A DNA stretch of 38,570 bases from the IMG/VR virus record IMGVR_UViG_3300038314_001614, positions 1 through 38,570 of that record; one strand, given 5' to 3'. The DNA is from a virus (lineage: Duplodnaviria; Caudoviricetes). The notes below the pieces were generated by a model that had not been told where the DNA came from, ran no database searches, and saw only the letters and a program-made list of their open reading frames with translations. Shown here one piece after another: positions 8,275 through 16,651 of this stretch. The position numbers and the translations under genes are program-made. The stretch's first letter is position 1, and the number at the start of each line of letters is the position of its first letter.

Positions 8275-8919
8275 ATGGCTTTTACGTTTACAACACTTAA
8301 AACAGCGATCCAGGAATATACGGATAATACGGAATCTACGTTTACCGGGCAATTGTCCCGTTTTATTCTTAATGCTGAAGAACGGATTTTAAAAGAGTGC
8401 CAGCTTGATGATTTTCGTAAAAATGTCTCCGGAACAGCTACTCAATCAACTAAATTTCTCACCAAACCAACGGATTTCTTGGCTCCTTTTTCTTTAAGCG
8501 CCGTTAACAGTTCCAACAACGAGTTTTTGTTGTATAAACAAGTGACTTTTTTGCAGGATTACACCCCAAACCCAGCCACTACTGGGACGCCTAAATACTA
8601 CGCGGACTGGGATGAGGACACCTTTTTACTGGCTCCGACGCCGGATTCTAACTATACGATGGAGCTTCATTACTTTTACAGGCCGCAGTCTATAACAGCT
8701 TCTTCAGACGGCACGAGCTGGCTTGGAACAAACGCAGAGCTGGCCCTTTTATATGGAAGTTTGGTGGAAGCCTACACTTTTATGAAAGGCGAACCTGATT
8801 TATTAAGTCTGTACAACAACCGGTTTCAGGAATCCCTGCAATGGCTCAAGAATCTTGGTGAAGCCCAGCAGACCCGGGATGAATACAGGTATGACAGAGT
8901 TCGGAGAGCGGCCCAATGA
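8275..8919 (+). CDS. Tail tubular/adaptor protein (T7 gp11-like)
   Basis: ATG 8275 preferred; FILNAEERI, GTPKYYA, LAPTPD, LLYGSLVEAYTFMKG motifs typical of podoviral adaptor proteins. Confidence 0.65.
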   Translation: MAFTFTTLKTAIQEYTDNTESTFTGQLSRFILNAEERILKECQLDDFRKNVSGTATQSTKFLTKPTDFLAPFSLSAVNSSNNEFLLYKQVTFLQDYTPNPATTGTPKYYADWDEDTFLLAPTPDSNYTMELHYFYRPQSITASSDGTSWLGTNAELALLYGSLVEAYTFMKGEPDLLSLYNNRFQESLQWLKNLGEAQQTRDEYRYDRVRRAAQ

Positions 8920-9641
8920 AAATTAAGTCTCTTAAAGGTGCCTCAATTGCTGTTGTTGGTCTAGGGGCCTCCCAAGGGGCTTTTACTTCCTCTGTTGCCA
9001 ACGGTAAAAAGTATGACGAAATTTGGGCTATAAACTCAATGATGGTTCCAATAAAGCATGACCGTGTTTTTATGATGGATCCTCCTTCAAGGTTTCTGGA
9101 TACTGAATTAGCAGGCAACCAGACAGGAGCTTTAAGAGAGGCGCTTCCTTTACACCCAGGCCCTATTTACACTTGCGAGCTGGATAAACGTGTGCCCGGG
9201 GCTGTTCTTTATCCTCTTGAAAAAGTCGTTAAAGAAACTGGTTTGTGCTACTTTAATAATACCGTTGCCTACACCCTAGCTTTTGCAGCCTTTAATGAAG
9301 TTGCAAAGATATATTTATATGGCATAGATTTTTCCTATAAAAAGAATATTTATTTTGCAGAAGCAGGACGTGCCTGCACGGAATTCTGGCTGGCTTTCTG
9401 CGTCACCCGTGGGATAAAAATCGAAGTCGCCCCGACTTCTTCCTTGTTGGATACAAATGTTCCTCCGGAGCAGCGTTTATATGGATATCACCGTTTAAAA
9501 GATCCTTTGGTGATGACAATTGAAAATGATTCTTTACTGGTTGTCCGGCAGTCTGAAATAATAGCGCCGGAACCTGAAGATGTAATAACAGGTCTTTATG
9601 ACAGGAACGACAATATTGTTTCTTTGCAGGAGACGGCGTAA
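8916..9641 (+). CDS. Putative glycosyltransferase of the CstII (GT42)/GT29/Maf-like fold
   Basis: IAVVGLGAS...DEIWAINS...YFNNTVAYTLAFA...KIYLYGIDFSY parallels the recalled CstII motifs VIIAGNGPS...FRCN...KEIYLSGIDFY; ATGA-coupled to the adaptor gene. Confidence 0.6.
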   Translation: MKIKSLKGASIAVVGLGASQGAFTSSVANGKKYDEIWAINSMMVPIKHDRVFMMDPPSRFLDTELAGNQTGALREALPLHPGPIYTCELDKRVPGAVLYPLEKVVKETGLCYFNNTVAYTLAFAAFNEVAKIYLYGIDFSYKKNIYFAEAGRACTEFWLAFCVTRGIKIEVAPTSSLLDTNVPPEQRLYGYHRLKDPLVMTIENDSLLVVRQSEIIAPEPEDVITGLYDRNDNIVSLQETA

Positions 9642-9931
9642 TGTTGGATTCAATGCCTCCACTTGTTACTGGAGTGGTAAGTGTACATACAACCTATAAA
9701 AGAGGATTGACTGTGGAAGAAATAGCGAAAATGGCTCTTGATAAAGTGGTTCATATTTCAGAAAATGCGCCACCGGCTATTCGGGATCAAGCTCATGCGT
9801 TTAAAAATGCTTTAGGAGACGTTTTACTTCATTATTTAAAAATGGCTGTTGATCAAGACAGGGCTACAATTTGTTCCATATTACGAGAAACGGGCCATTC
9901 TGAACTGGCAGAACAGATAAGGAAACTTTGA
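9641..9931 (+). CDS. Hypothetical protein (96 aa, helical)
   Basis: AGGAG RBS; TAATG coupling. Confidence 0.65.
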   Translation: MLDSMPPLVTGVVSVHTTYKRGLTVEEIAKMALDKVVHISENAPPAIRDQAHAFKNALGDVLLHYLKMAVDQDRATICSILRETGHSELAEQIRKL

Positions 9932-9932
9932 T

Positions 9933-10388
9933 ATGGCAATTACAACAGCGATGTGTACCTCATTTAAGGGGGAGCTATTGTCTGCTACCCATGACTTTGA
10001 TGCCTCTGGTGGAAACAGTTTTAAATTGGCTTTATACGCCATAGGAAGTGGTGGTAAAAGTTCTACCACGGCAACTTTGGGCGCATCTACTACAGCTTTT
10101 ACTACTACAGGGGAAGTTGCGTCCAGTGGTAGTTATGTTACTGGAGGAAGTGCTTTAACTAATGTAAACCCTGCTACTTCAGGAACAACAGGGTACACAG
10201 ACTTTGCTGATCTTAGCTTTACAACTGCTACTATTACAGCACGAGGGGCCTTGATTTATAATGACACAAACAGTGATAAAGCTGTGTGTGCTCTGGATTT
10301 TGGCGGTAATAAAACCAGCACAGCGGGAACTTTTACGATAGCTTTTCCAGCGGCGGCGGCAAGTACCGCAATAATCAGGATAGCGTAA
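9933..10388 (+). CDS. Tail/fibre-associated structural protein
   Basis: MAITTAMCTSFKGELL...FKLALY...TITARGALIYN...LDFGG pattern familiar from marine phage structural modules. Confidence 0.65.
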   Translation: MAITTAMCTSFKGELLSATHDFDASGGNSFKLALYAIGSGGKSSTTATLGASTTAFTTTGEVASSGSYVTGGSALTNVNPATSGTTGYTDFADLSFTTATITARGALIYNDTNSDKAVCALDFGGNKTSTAGTFTIAFPAAAASTAIIRIA

Positions 10389-10400
10389 GGAACAAATGCT

Positions 10401-11099
10401 TTGGCAAACATCAATGGTTGGGGGCGCAGCACGTGGGGTTCTGGCACGTGGGGATCTCCTATTGCGGTTGATGTCACAGGGGTTGCAGGAACGGGCGCGA
10501 TTGGCACCGTTACAGTCACCCCCAGTATTTCCGTTACTCCAACAGGGGTTGCAGGAACGGGCGCGATTGGCACCGTTACCATTACAGGGGGAGTGTCTGT
10601 CACTCCAACGGGCGTTGCGGGTACAGGAGGTATCGGCTCCGTTACAATCACAGGTACGGGTACAGTCACTCCAACCGGTGTCGCGGGTACGGGCGCAGTT
10701 GGTACTGTCACAATTGCGGCAGCGGCTACAGTTACCCCGACAGGCGTTGCGGGTACAGGAGGTATCGGATCCGTTACAATCACAGGTACGGCCACAGTCA
10801 CCCCAACCGGTGTTGAAGGGACAGGAGGTGTTGGCTCCGTTACAATCACAGGTACGGCCACAGTCACCCCAACCGGTGTTGAAGGAACAGGCCAAATTGG
10901 GACTGTTACCGTCACTGCTGGTGCCAAGGCTACTGTTACCGGTGTTGAAGGAACAGGCGCTATCGGTTATTCAAATGTTTGGGGAATCATTGATGCTTCC
11001 CAAACTCCGGATTGGTCGGCAGTTGATGCTTCCCAAACTCCGGGATGGTCTGAAGTGGATGACGAACAAACACCAGATTGGACAGATATAGCAGCATAG
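10401..11099 (+). CDS. Thr/Gly/Val-rich repeat virion protein (fibre-like)
   Basis: TTG start 9 nt after AAGGA; N-terminal GWGxxxWGxxxWG, 8 x 22-aa repeats, C-terminal 11-aa Trp-spaced repeats. Confidence 0.75.
   Translation: MANINGWGRSTWGSGTWGSPIAVDVTGVAGTGAIGTVTVTPSISVTPTGVAGTGAIGTVTITGGVSVTPTGVAGTGGIGSVTITGTGTVTPTGVAGTGAVGTVTIAAAATVTPTGVAGTGGIGSVTITGTATVTPTGVEGTGGVGSVTITGTATVTPTGVEGTGQIGTVTVTAGAKATVTGVEGTGAIGYSNVWGIIDASQTPDWSAVDASQTPGWSEVDDEQTPDWTDIAA
10470..10967 (+). repeat. 66-bp (22-aa) tandem coding repeat, ~8 copies
   Basis: Unit VTPTGV[AE]GTG[AGQ][IV]G[TS]VT[IV]T; adjacent copies share long identical DNA stretches (e.g. ggggttgcaggaacgggcgcgattggcaccgttac twice, 66 nt apart). Confidence 0.9.
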
Positions 11100-11109
11100 G
11101 AAGAAGAAC

Positions 11110-13569
11110 ATGGCTTCATCATACACAACTGGCTTCAGTTTAGAAAAGATCGCCACGGGTGAGCAGTCCGGTACATGGGGTACGACCTCAAACCATAACT
11201 GGGATATTGTGGACCGTTTGGCTTCATACAAGGCCGTGGCTATAACAACAAATGCAGATACGGCTACCTTGACTGTTCGGGAAGCCTCTCCTGGATCAGG
11301 GACTGAAAACCTTCAGGATGGGATGTATCGTGTGGTTAAGTTCACAGGGGCTTTAGATTCAAATTGTACGGTTACCATAGCCCCAAATACGGCCCCTGCT
11401 TGGTTTATTATTGAAAATGCAACAACGGATTCAGGGTCCAGTGGTCCTTACAGCTTAATTTTGAGTCAAGGTTCAGGGGCTAATGTTACTGTTCAAAATG
11501 GTAAAAACGTCATTGTCTATTGTGACGGGGCCGGAAGTGGCGCAGCAGTAATAGATGCTTTAGCGGATCTTCAAGTTGGAACGCTTGAGTGTACGGGCGC
11601 AGCAGCGATTGACGGGGCGGCAACCTTTAGCAGTACAGTCACTGTCGGTGTTGATGACACAGGTTATGACGTTAAGTTCTTCGGTGATACAGCCAGTAGA
11701 TACTGGCTGTGGGATACATCAGCAGATGGTGTTGTTCAAAGAGGAACATTAACTATTGGCGTCGATGATACGGGGCATGACGTTAAGTTTTTTGGAGCTA
11801 CCTCTGGCGCATACATGCTTTGGGATGAAAGTGCGGATGACCTCAAACTAGTCGGCGCGGCGGGGCTGACAGTCGCTGGTGATGTAGATGTAGACGGCAC
11901 GACTAATTTAGATGCAGTGGATGTAGATGGCGCGGTTAACTTTGCAGCAGACGTAACCTTTGCCGATGGCGCGGATATTATCACTGCTTCAGCAGGAACC
12001 TCGAATTTTCGAGCAGGTGTCAATGCAGGTAATTCTATTGAATCAGGTGGTAACTATAATGTAGCAGTTGGTGATGAAGCTGGAACAGCTATCACGACAG
12101 GAGATAATAATGCTCTAGTTGGATATCAAGCTGGTGCAGCAATCACAACTGGAGGTTCTAATACGGCTGTGGGTACTTATGCTTTAGATACTTGTACTAC
12201 GGGTGCAAGAAATACTATGGTTGGCTATCAGGCAGGAGATGCAATCACAACAGGGTCAGATAACACGGCTGTTGGCAATTGGGCACTCATAACTGCAACA
12301 GATGTTAGTTACAACACGGCTGTTGGTACTTATGCTCTGAAATTGGCTACTGGAGCAAGTAACACGGCTGTGGGTTATAATGCAGGAACGGCAATTTCAT
12401 CAGGAGCTAACAATACTTTTATGGGAAGTGGAACTGGAGTAGCCCATACAACTGGAGCCAACAATGCTGCCTATGGTATGGGTGCTTTAGCAGCTAATAC
12501 AACAGCATCCAATAATTCAGCCTTCGGAGCCTTTGCCCTAGATGCTAATACGACAGGTGCTCAGAATACAGCTTATGGTTATGCTGCACTTGGAGCTAAT
12601 ACGACAGCATCTTACAACGATGCTTTTGGTTATAATGCTCTGGATGCTTGTACGACAGGGGCAAACAATGTGGCTATTGGTTCTAATTCTCTAGGAACTT
12701 TGACAACAGGGTCTGGGAATACGGCTGTGGGTCTTAATGCTTCTACAGCCTTGACAACAGCTACTAGCAACACAACCGTAGGTTCTTATGCTGGTGATGC
12801 CGTCACAACAGGGGCTAATAATACTTTGATGGGTGTTAGTGCTGGAGGAGGACTGACAACGGGAGCACAATCAGTTGCTATAGGTACGAATGCCCTTCTA
12901 GTTGCAACTGATCCTGTAAATAGCACTTGTATCGGGCATGATGCTGGTAAGGCCATTACTACTGGAGATTCCAACACATACATTGGTCAGGGAACAGGAA
13001 CATTAACGACCACAGGAAATTCTAATGTAGCTATTGGAAATGTAGCTGGTGATGTTGTCACGACAGGAGCCAATAATATTAGTATCGGAATTAATACTGA
13101 TCCAAGTGCTAATAACGGAAACCAACAGCTTGCCATAGGCTATGGTGCTGTAGGTAAGGGAGATAATACTGCATTTATATCTTCTAATAGTGGAGCAGTT
13201 TATGCAGGAAATAACAGTGCAGATTTTTCAACAACTTCTGATCGAAGAATTAAAAAGAATATTGTTGATAATAATATAGGTCTTGAGAAAATAAATCAGA
13301 TTCAGGTTCGTAACTTTGAATACAGGACTCCTGATGAAATTGATGAATTGCCTAAACATGCAGCCATAAGTGATGAAGGCACTCAGTTAGGAGTTATTGC
13401 TCAAGAGGTGCAAGGATTTCTACCACAAATTGTTAACGAAGAAACAACAGGCTGTTTAAGTGTAGATGGTAGTGATATTAAATGGCTTTTGGTTAATGCC
13501 GTAAAAGAACTATCCGCTGAGATCGAAGAATTGAAAAAATGGAAGGAGAACCATACCTGTGGCCACTGA
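11110..13569 (+). CDS. Tail fibre/receptor-binding protein with C-terminal peptidase S74 intramolecular chaperone
   Basis: N-terminal virion anchor (GEQSGTWG), duplicated GVDDTGxDVKFFG module, ~23 17-aa beta-roll repeats, then S-D-R-R-I-K (S710 at 13237), GVIAQEV and a terminal coiled coil. Confidence 0.88.
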   Translation: MASSYTTGFSLEKIATGEQSGTWGTTSNHNWDIVDRLASYKAVAITTNADTATLTVREASPGSGTENLQDGMYRVVKFTGALDSNCTVTIAPNTAPAWFIIENATTDSGSSGPYSLILSQGSGANVTVQNGKNVIVYCDGAGSGAAVIDALADLQVGTLECTGAAAIDGAATFSSTVTVGVDDTGYDVKFFGDTASRYWLWDTSADGVVQRGTLTIGVDDTGHDVKFFGATSGAYMLWDESADDLKLVGAAGLTVAGDVDVDGTTNLDAVDVDGAVNFAADVTFADGADIITASAGTSNFRAGVNAGNSIESGGNYNVAVGDEAGTAITTGDNNALVGYQAGAAITTGGSNTAVGTYALDTCTTGARNTMVGYQAGDAITTGSDNTAVGNWALITATDVSYNTAVGTYALKLATGASNTAVGYNAGTAISSGANNTFMGSGTGVAHTTGANNAAYGMGALAANTTASNNSAFGAFALDANTTGAQNTAYGYAALGANTTASYNDAFGYNALDACTTGANNVAIGSNSLGTLTTGSGNTAVGLNASTALTTATSNTTVGSYAGDAVTTGANNTLMGVSAGGGLTTGAQSVAIGTNALLVATDPVNSTCIGHDAGKAITTGDSNTYIGQGTGTLTTTGNSNVAIGNVAGDVVTTGANNISIGINTDPSANNGNQQLAIGYGAVGKGDNTAFISSNSGAVYAGNNSADFSTTSDRRIKKNIVDNNIGLEKINQIQVRNFEYRTPDEIDELPKHAAISDEGTQLGVIAQEVQGFLPQIVNEETTGCLSVDGSDIKWLLVNAVKELSAEIEELKKWKENHTCGH
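11995..13160 (+). repeat. 17-aa repeats GxxN[TV]A[VIF]GxxAxxxxTT, ~23 copies
   Basis: Counted in the translation; resembles trimeric autotransporter (YadA-head-like) beta-roll repeats. Confidence 0.85.
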
Positions 13570-13792
13570 AGAAACTAACGTCATCAGCATTGATGGCAAG
13601 GAATATGACCCGTCAAAAATGACAGATCAAGAGCAATACTGGATCATGCAGATACGAGACCTTCAACAGAAGCGTCAAGGCGCACAATTCCAGTCAGACC
13701 AGATTAGTGGGTCTTTGGATTATTTTACAAATTTACTGATCCAGAGCCTTTCTGATAAAACCGAAAAGCCAAAGGAGAAATTAAATGGCTGA
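13559..13792 (+). CDS. Small fibre-associated protein (77 aa)
   Basis: AAGGAG RBS before GTG; ISIDGKEY motif followed by a coiled coil. Confidence 0.7.
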   Translation: MATEETNVISIDGKEYDPSKMTDQEQYWIMQIRDLQQKRQGAQFQSDQISGSLDYFTNLLIQSLSDKTEKPKEKLNG

Positions 13793-14048
13793 TGAATCTT
13801 TAACCGCTGACGAAATCAATCAACATTTTACGGCTATGGGCCATAGTGTTGATCTTATTGATGCTACCATTGCCGATGACACCGAAGCCAAGAAGATGAA
13901 TGGCGGAGAAGCGGGTGCCAAAGAGATGGTTAAACGCAACACGGACCATCTTGAAATCCAACTTGCCAAAGATTGGGCGAAGGATGATAGCCGTAGTAAA
14001 AAAACCTATACAGATGCTGTCACTGCAGGAAAAGCGTACATTGGCTAA
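13785..14048 (+). CDS. Small fibre-associated protein (87 aa)
   Basis: AAGGAG RBS; overlaps the upstream stop. Confidence 0.7.
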   Translation: MADESLTADEINQHFTAMGHSVDLIDATIADDTEAKKMNGGEAGAKEMVKRNTDHLEIQLAKDWAKDDSRSKKTYTDAVTAGKAYIG

Positions 14049-14050
14049 TA

Positions 14051-14215
14051 ATGGTTACTGTAAAAGAGGTGGAAGCGCAACTTAATACCCACGAGGCTGT
14101 TTGCGCGGAACGTTGGAAAGAGACAATTGAACGTATCAAACGGCTGGAGCTTATTTTAATAAGTTCTGCCGGTGCTGTTATATTGCTTATGGCAGGAATG
14201 GTATGGAAGATATAA
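14051..14215 (+). CDS. Small coiled-coil + C-terminal TM protein (54 aa; XhlA-like architecture), absent from ORF track
   Basis: Own translation MVTVKEVEAQLNTHEAVCAERWKETIERIKRLELILISSAGAVILLMAGMVWKI*; fills the gap and abuts the next ATG. Confidence 0.75.
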   Translation: MVTVKEVEAQLNTHEAVCAERWKETIERIKRLELILISSAGAVILLMAGMVWKI

Positions 14216-16483
14216 ATGCCCCTTGCAAAAATAATCTTTAACCCTGGTATTAATCGGGAGGCAACGTCTTACGGAGCGGCCAACGCATGGTTTAATTCTG
14301 ACCTTGTGCGCTTTCGTAAAGGTCACCCGGAAAAAATGGGAGGTTGGGTGCGGCTAACCAGCAACTCCTTTCTGGGAACCCCCCGCTCTCTCCATACGTG
14401 GGCGACACTTGATGGCTCAAAGTTAATGGGTATTGGAACGACATCCAAGTTTTATATAGAAGAGGGCCAAGGTTATAATGACATAACGCCTCTTCGTCGC
14501 AGCGCCACTCTTGGTGCCAATCCTTTTACGACAGGTAGCGCGGGAAGCGGCATTATTACAGTTACAGATGCAGGCCATGGGGCGACGGTAGGTGATTATG
14601 TTACTTTCAGCGGGGCCACAGCAACAGACGGCCTGACGACTTCTGATCTTAATCAAGAACAGAATATAACCGTGGTTGTTGATGCAAACAGCTACAAGGT
14701 TGATACCGGGGGTTCAGCCACTTCAGGTTCGACAGCAGGCGGCGGTTCGGCGGTCTTGGCCCAGTACCAGATAAGCCCCGGTCTGGAAGATGTGGTTGAC
14801 GGAACCGGTTGGGGCGCGGGCCCTTATGGAGGTGTAGTTACTACTTACTCCCAGACAACGCTTGACGGGGGGATTAACGATTCGGTTACCTCCATTGCCC
14901 TGACTTCAGCTTCTGATTTTGAAACGGCAGCTTCTACGAACAGCGGGGCTATAGTTATTAACGACGCTTCCATAACCTTGGCAGATTCCTCCGGTTTTCC
15001 TTCCAAGGGAACGGTTCTTATTGACAGTGAAAAAATCCGGTACGGCACAAATTCAAGTAATGTTCTGGGGGAACTGACGCGGGGGGAGGACGGGACAACG
15101 GCAGCGGCCCATTCCGATGGCACTACGGTTACTTTTGTCGGTCTTATTCTTGTTGATAGTGAATTAATACAGTATACGGGAAAAAGCAGTAATACCCTGG
15201 ATGCAGGTGTCACACGGGCGGCCCGTGGAACTACGGCAGCTTCCCACTCGGACGACGCAACTGTAAAAGAGGCTAATGATTTCATTGGTTGGGGGCAGTC
15301 TGCGGATGTCACGACAACTTCCGAAGTTCGTATCTGGGGACAGGATAACTGGGGGGAAGACCTTGTTTTCAACATATTTGACGGAACCCCTTATTACTGG
15401 GACAAAACCCTTGGTCTGGGCTCCAGAGCTACTACTCTGGCAAGCCAGAGCGGCGCTTCCGGCGCACCGACGGTAACCCGGAAGGTTTTGGTTTCAGGAG
15501 CCGACAGGCATTTGATTTGTCTGGGGTGCAACCCCATAAACGAGACCGACCAAGATTTGCTGATGGTCCGCTGGTCAGATCAGGAAGATCCTGTGGACTG
15601 GACCCCGAGTGCTACAAATACAGCAGGCAGCCAGCGGCTGTCTTCCGGTTCCGAGATTATATCCTCCCAGAAAACACGGCAGGAAATACTAATCTGGACT
15701 GATGCCACCCTTTATTCCATGCGTTTTGTCGGGCCTCCTTTTACTTTTGGTTTTTCCCTTATTGGCAGCAATGTTTCTGTTCTCGGTCCTAACACAACTG
15801 TTACGGTTGGTGATCAGGTCTTCTGGATGGATAATGAGAATTTTTATGTTTACACAGGCCGCATCCAGCCTCTTCCCTGCACTGTTTTGCGGTATGTTTT
15901 TGACGATATTAACCTTGGGCAGGCCAAAAAGTTCTTTGGAGCTTCCAACAAGATGTTCAATGAGGTGATGTGGTTTTACGTGTCTTCCGACGCCACGGAA
16001 ATTGACCGTTATGTCAAATATAATTTTAGCGAAAATGTCTGGGATATCGGCTCCCTGAGCCGCACAGCATGGGTAGATTACGGCATCCATACGAAGCCCC
16101 GGGCCGGGACGGCGACACCCCGTATATTTATCCATGAAGACGGCGATAATGATGACGGCTCCGCGATGACCTCTTTTATTGAATCAAGCGACTTTGATCT
16201 GGATCCCGCAGGCGAGCAGTTCATGTCAATCAGCCGCCTTATTCCTGACATAAAGATTACGACAACGGCTTCACGGACAGTAGATTATATCCTTAAAACA
16301 AGAAACTTTCCCGGGGATTCCCTGACAACGAACTCCACCAGTGAGGTGGGGGCGACTACGCAGCAGTCTTACTTGAGAAGCCGCGCCCGTCAGGCCGTCC
16401 TGCGGATAGAAAGCTCTTCTACGAACGTGGCATGGACAATGGGTGATTTGCGCTTAGATATCCGACCGGACGGGAGAAGGTAA
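14216..16483 (+). CDS. Tail nozzle/DNA stabilisation protein (P22 gp10/T7 gp12-like beta-propeller) with inserted decoration domains
   Basis: 755 aa beta-rich; VRFRKGHPEKMGGW, VRWSDQED, NEVMWFY, RLDIRPDGRR; position between fibre and ejection genes. Confidence 0.65.
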   Translation: MPLAKIIFNPGINREATSYGAANAWFNSDLVRFRKGHPEKMGGWVRLTSNSFLGTPRSLHTWATLDGSKLMGIGTTSKFYIEEGQGYNDITPLRRSATLGANPFTTGSAGSGIITVTDAGHGATVGDYVTFSGATATDGLTTSDLNQEQNITVVVDANSYKVDTGGSATSGSTAGGGSAVLAQYQISPGLEDVVDGTGWGAGPYGGVVTTYSQTTLDGGINDSVTSIALTSASDFETAASTNSGAIVINDASITLADSSGFPSKGTVLIDSEKIRYGTNSSNVLGELTRGEDGTTAAAHSDGTTVTFVGLILVDSELIQYTGKSSNTLDAGVTRAARGTTAASHSDDATVKEANDFIGWGQSADVTTTSEVRIWGQDNWGEDLVFNIFDGTPYYWDKTLGLGSRATTLASQSGASGAPTVTRKVLVSGADRHLICLGCNPINETDQDLLMVRWSDQEDPVDWTPSATNTAGSQRLSSGSEIISSQKTRQEILIWTDATLYSMRFVGPPFTFGFSLIGSNVSVLGPNTTVTVGDQVFWMDNENFYVYTGRIQPLPCTVLRYVFDDINLGQAKKFFGASNKMFNEVMWFYVSSDATEIDRYVKYNFSENVWDIGSLSRTAWVDYGIHTKPRAGTATPRIFIHEDGDNDDGSAMTSFIESSDFDLDPAGEQFMSISRLIPDIKITTTASRTVDYILKTRNFPGDSLTTNSTSEVGATTQQSYLRSRARQAVLRIESSSTNVAWTMGDLRLDIRPDGRR

Positions 16484-16650
16484 TGGCAAAACTTCTTGAC
16501 CATAGTTTCCCCGACTCCCCCGAGGAATACGACCCTGATATCTTTCAGCGCATCCTTCGTGATATTGAAATGGCGCTGTCCAAGATGGAGTTTCCCTCCC
16601 AGGTGGAAGGAAAAGACGAATCCAATGCTTTAAGCTGGTTTATGAATTGA
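16483..16650 (+). CDS. Small hypothetical protein (55 aa), absent from ORF track
   Basis: Own translation MAKLLDHSFPDSPEEYDPDIFQRILRDIEMALSKMEFPSQVEGKDESNALSWFMN*; TAATG coupling; ends 1 nt before the next gene. Confidence 0.75.
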   Translation: MAKLLDHSFPDSPEEYDPDIFQRILRDIEMALSKMEFPSQVEGKDESNALSWFMN

Positions 16651-16651
16651 T

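Noticed and set aside
10179-10927. Two long minus-strand ORFs (238 and 223 aa) over the repeat gene
   Set aside because: Antisense shadows of a GGN/ACN/GTN repeat; no RBS, and they oppose a continuous + strand operon.
10470-10967. Regularly spaced repeats resembling a CRISPR array
   Set aside because: In-frame coding repeats without unique spacers; no cas genes.
11110-13569. Possible diversity-generating retroelement target in the tail fibre
   Set aside because: No reverse transcriptase and no adenine-variant TR/VR pair seen; the C-terminus is an S74 chaperone.
13900-14085. 61-aa + strand ORF in the track
   Set aside because: Out-of-frame overlap of two well-packed genes (13785..14048 and 14051..14215).
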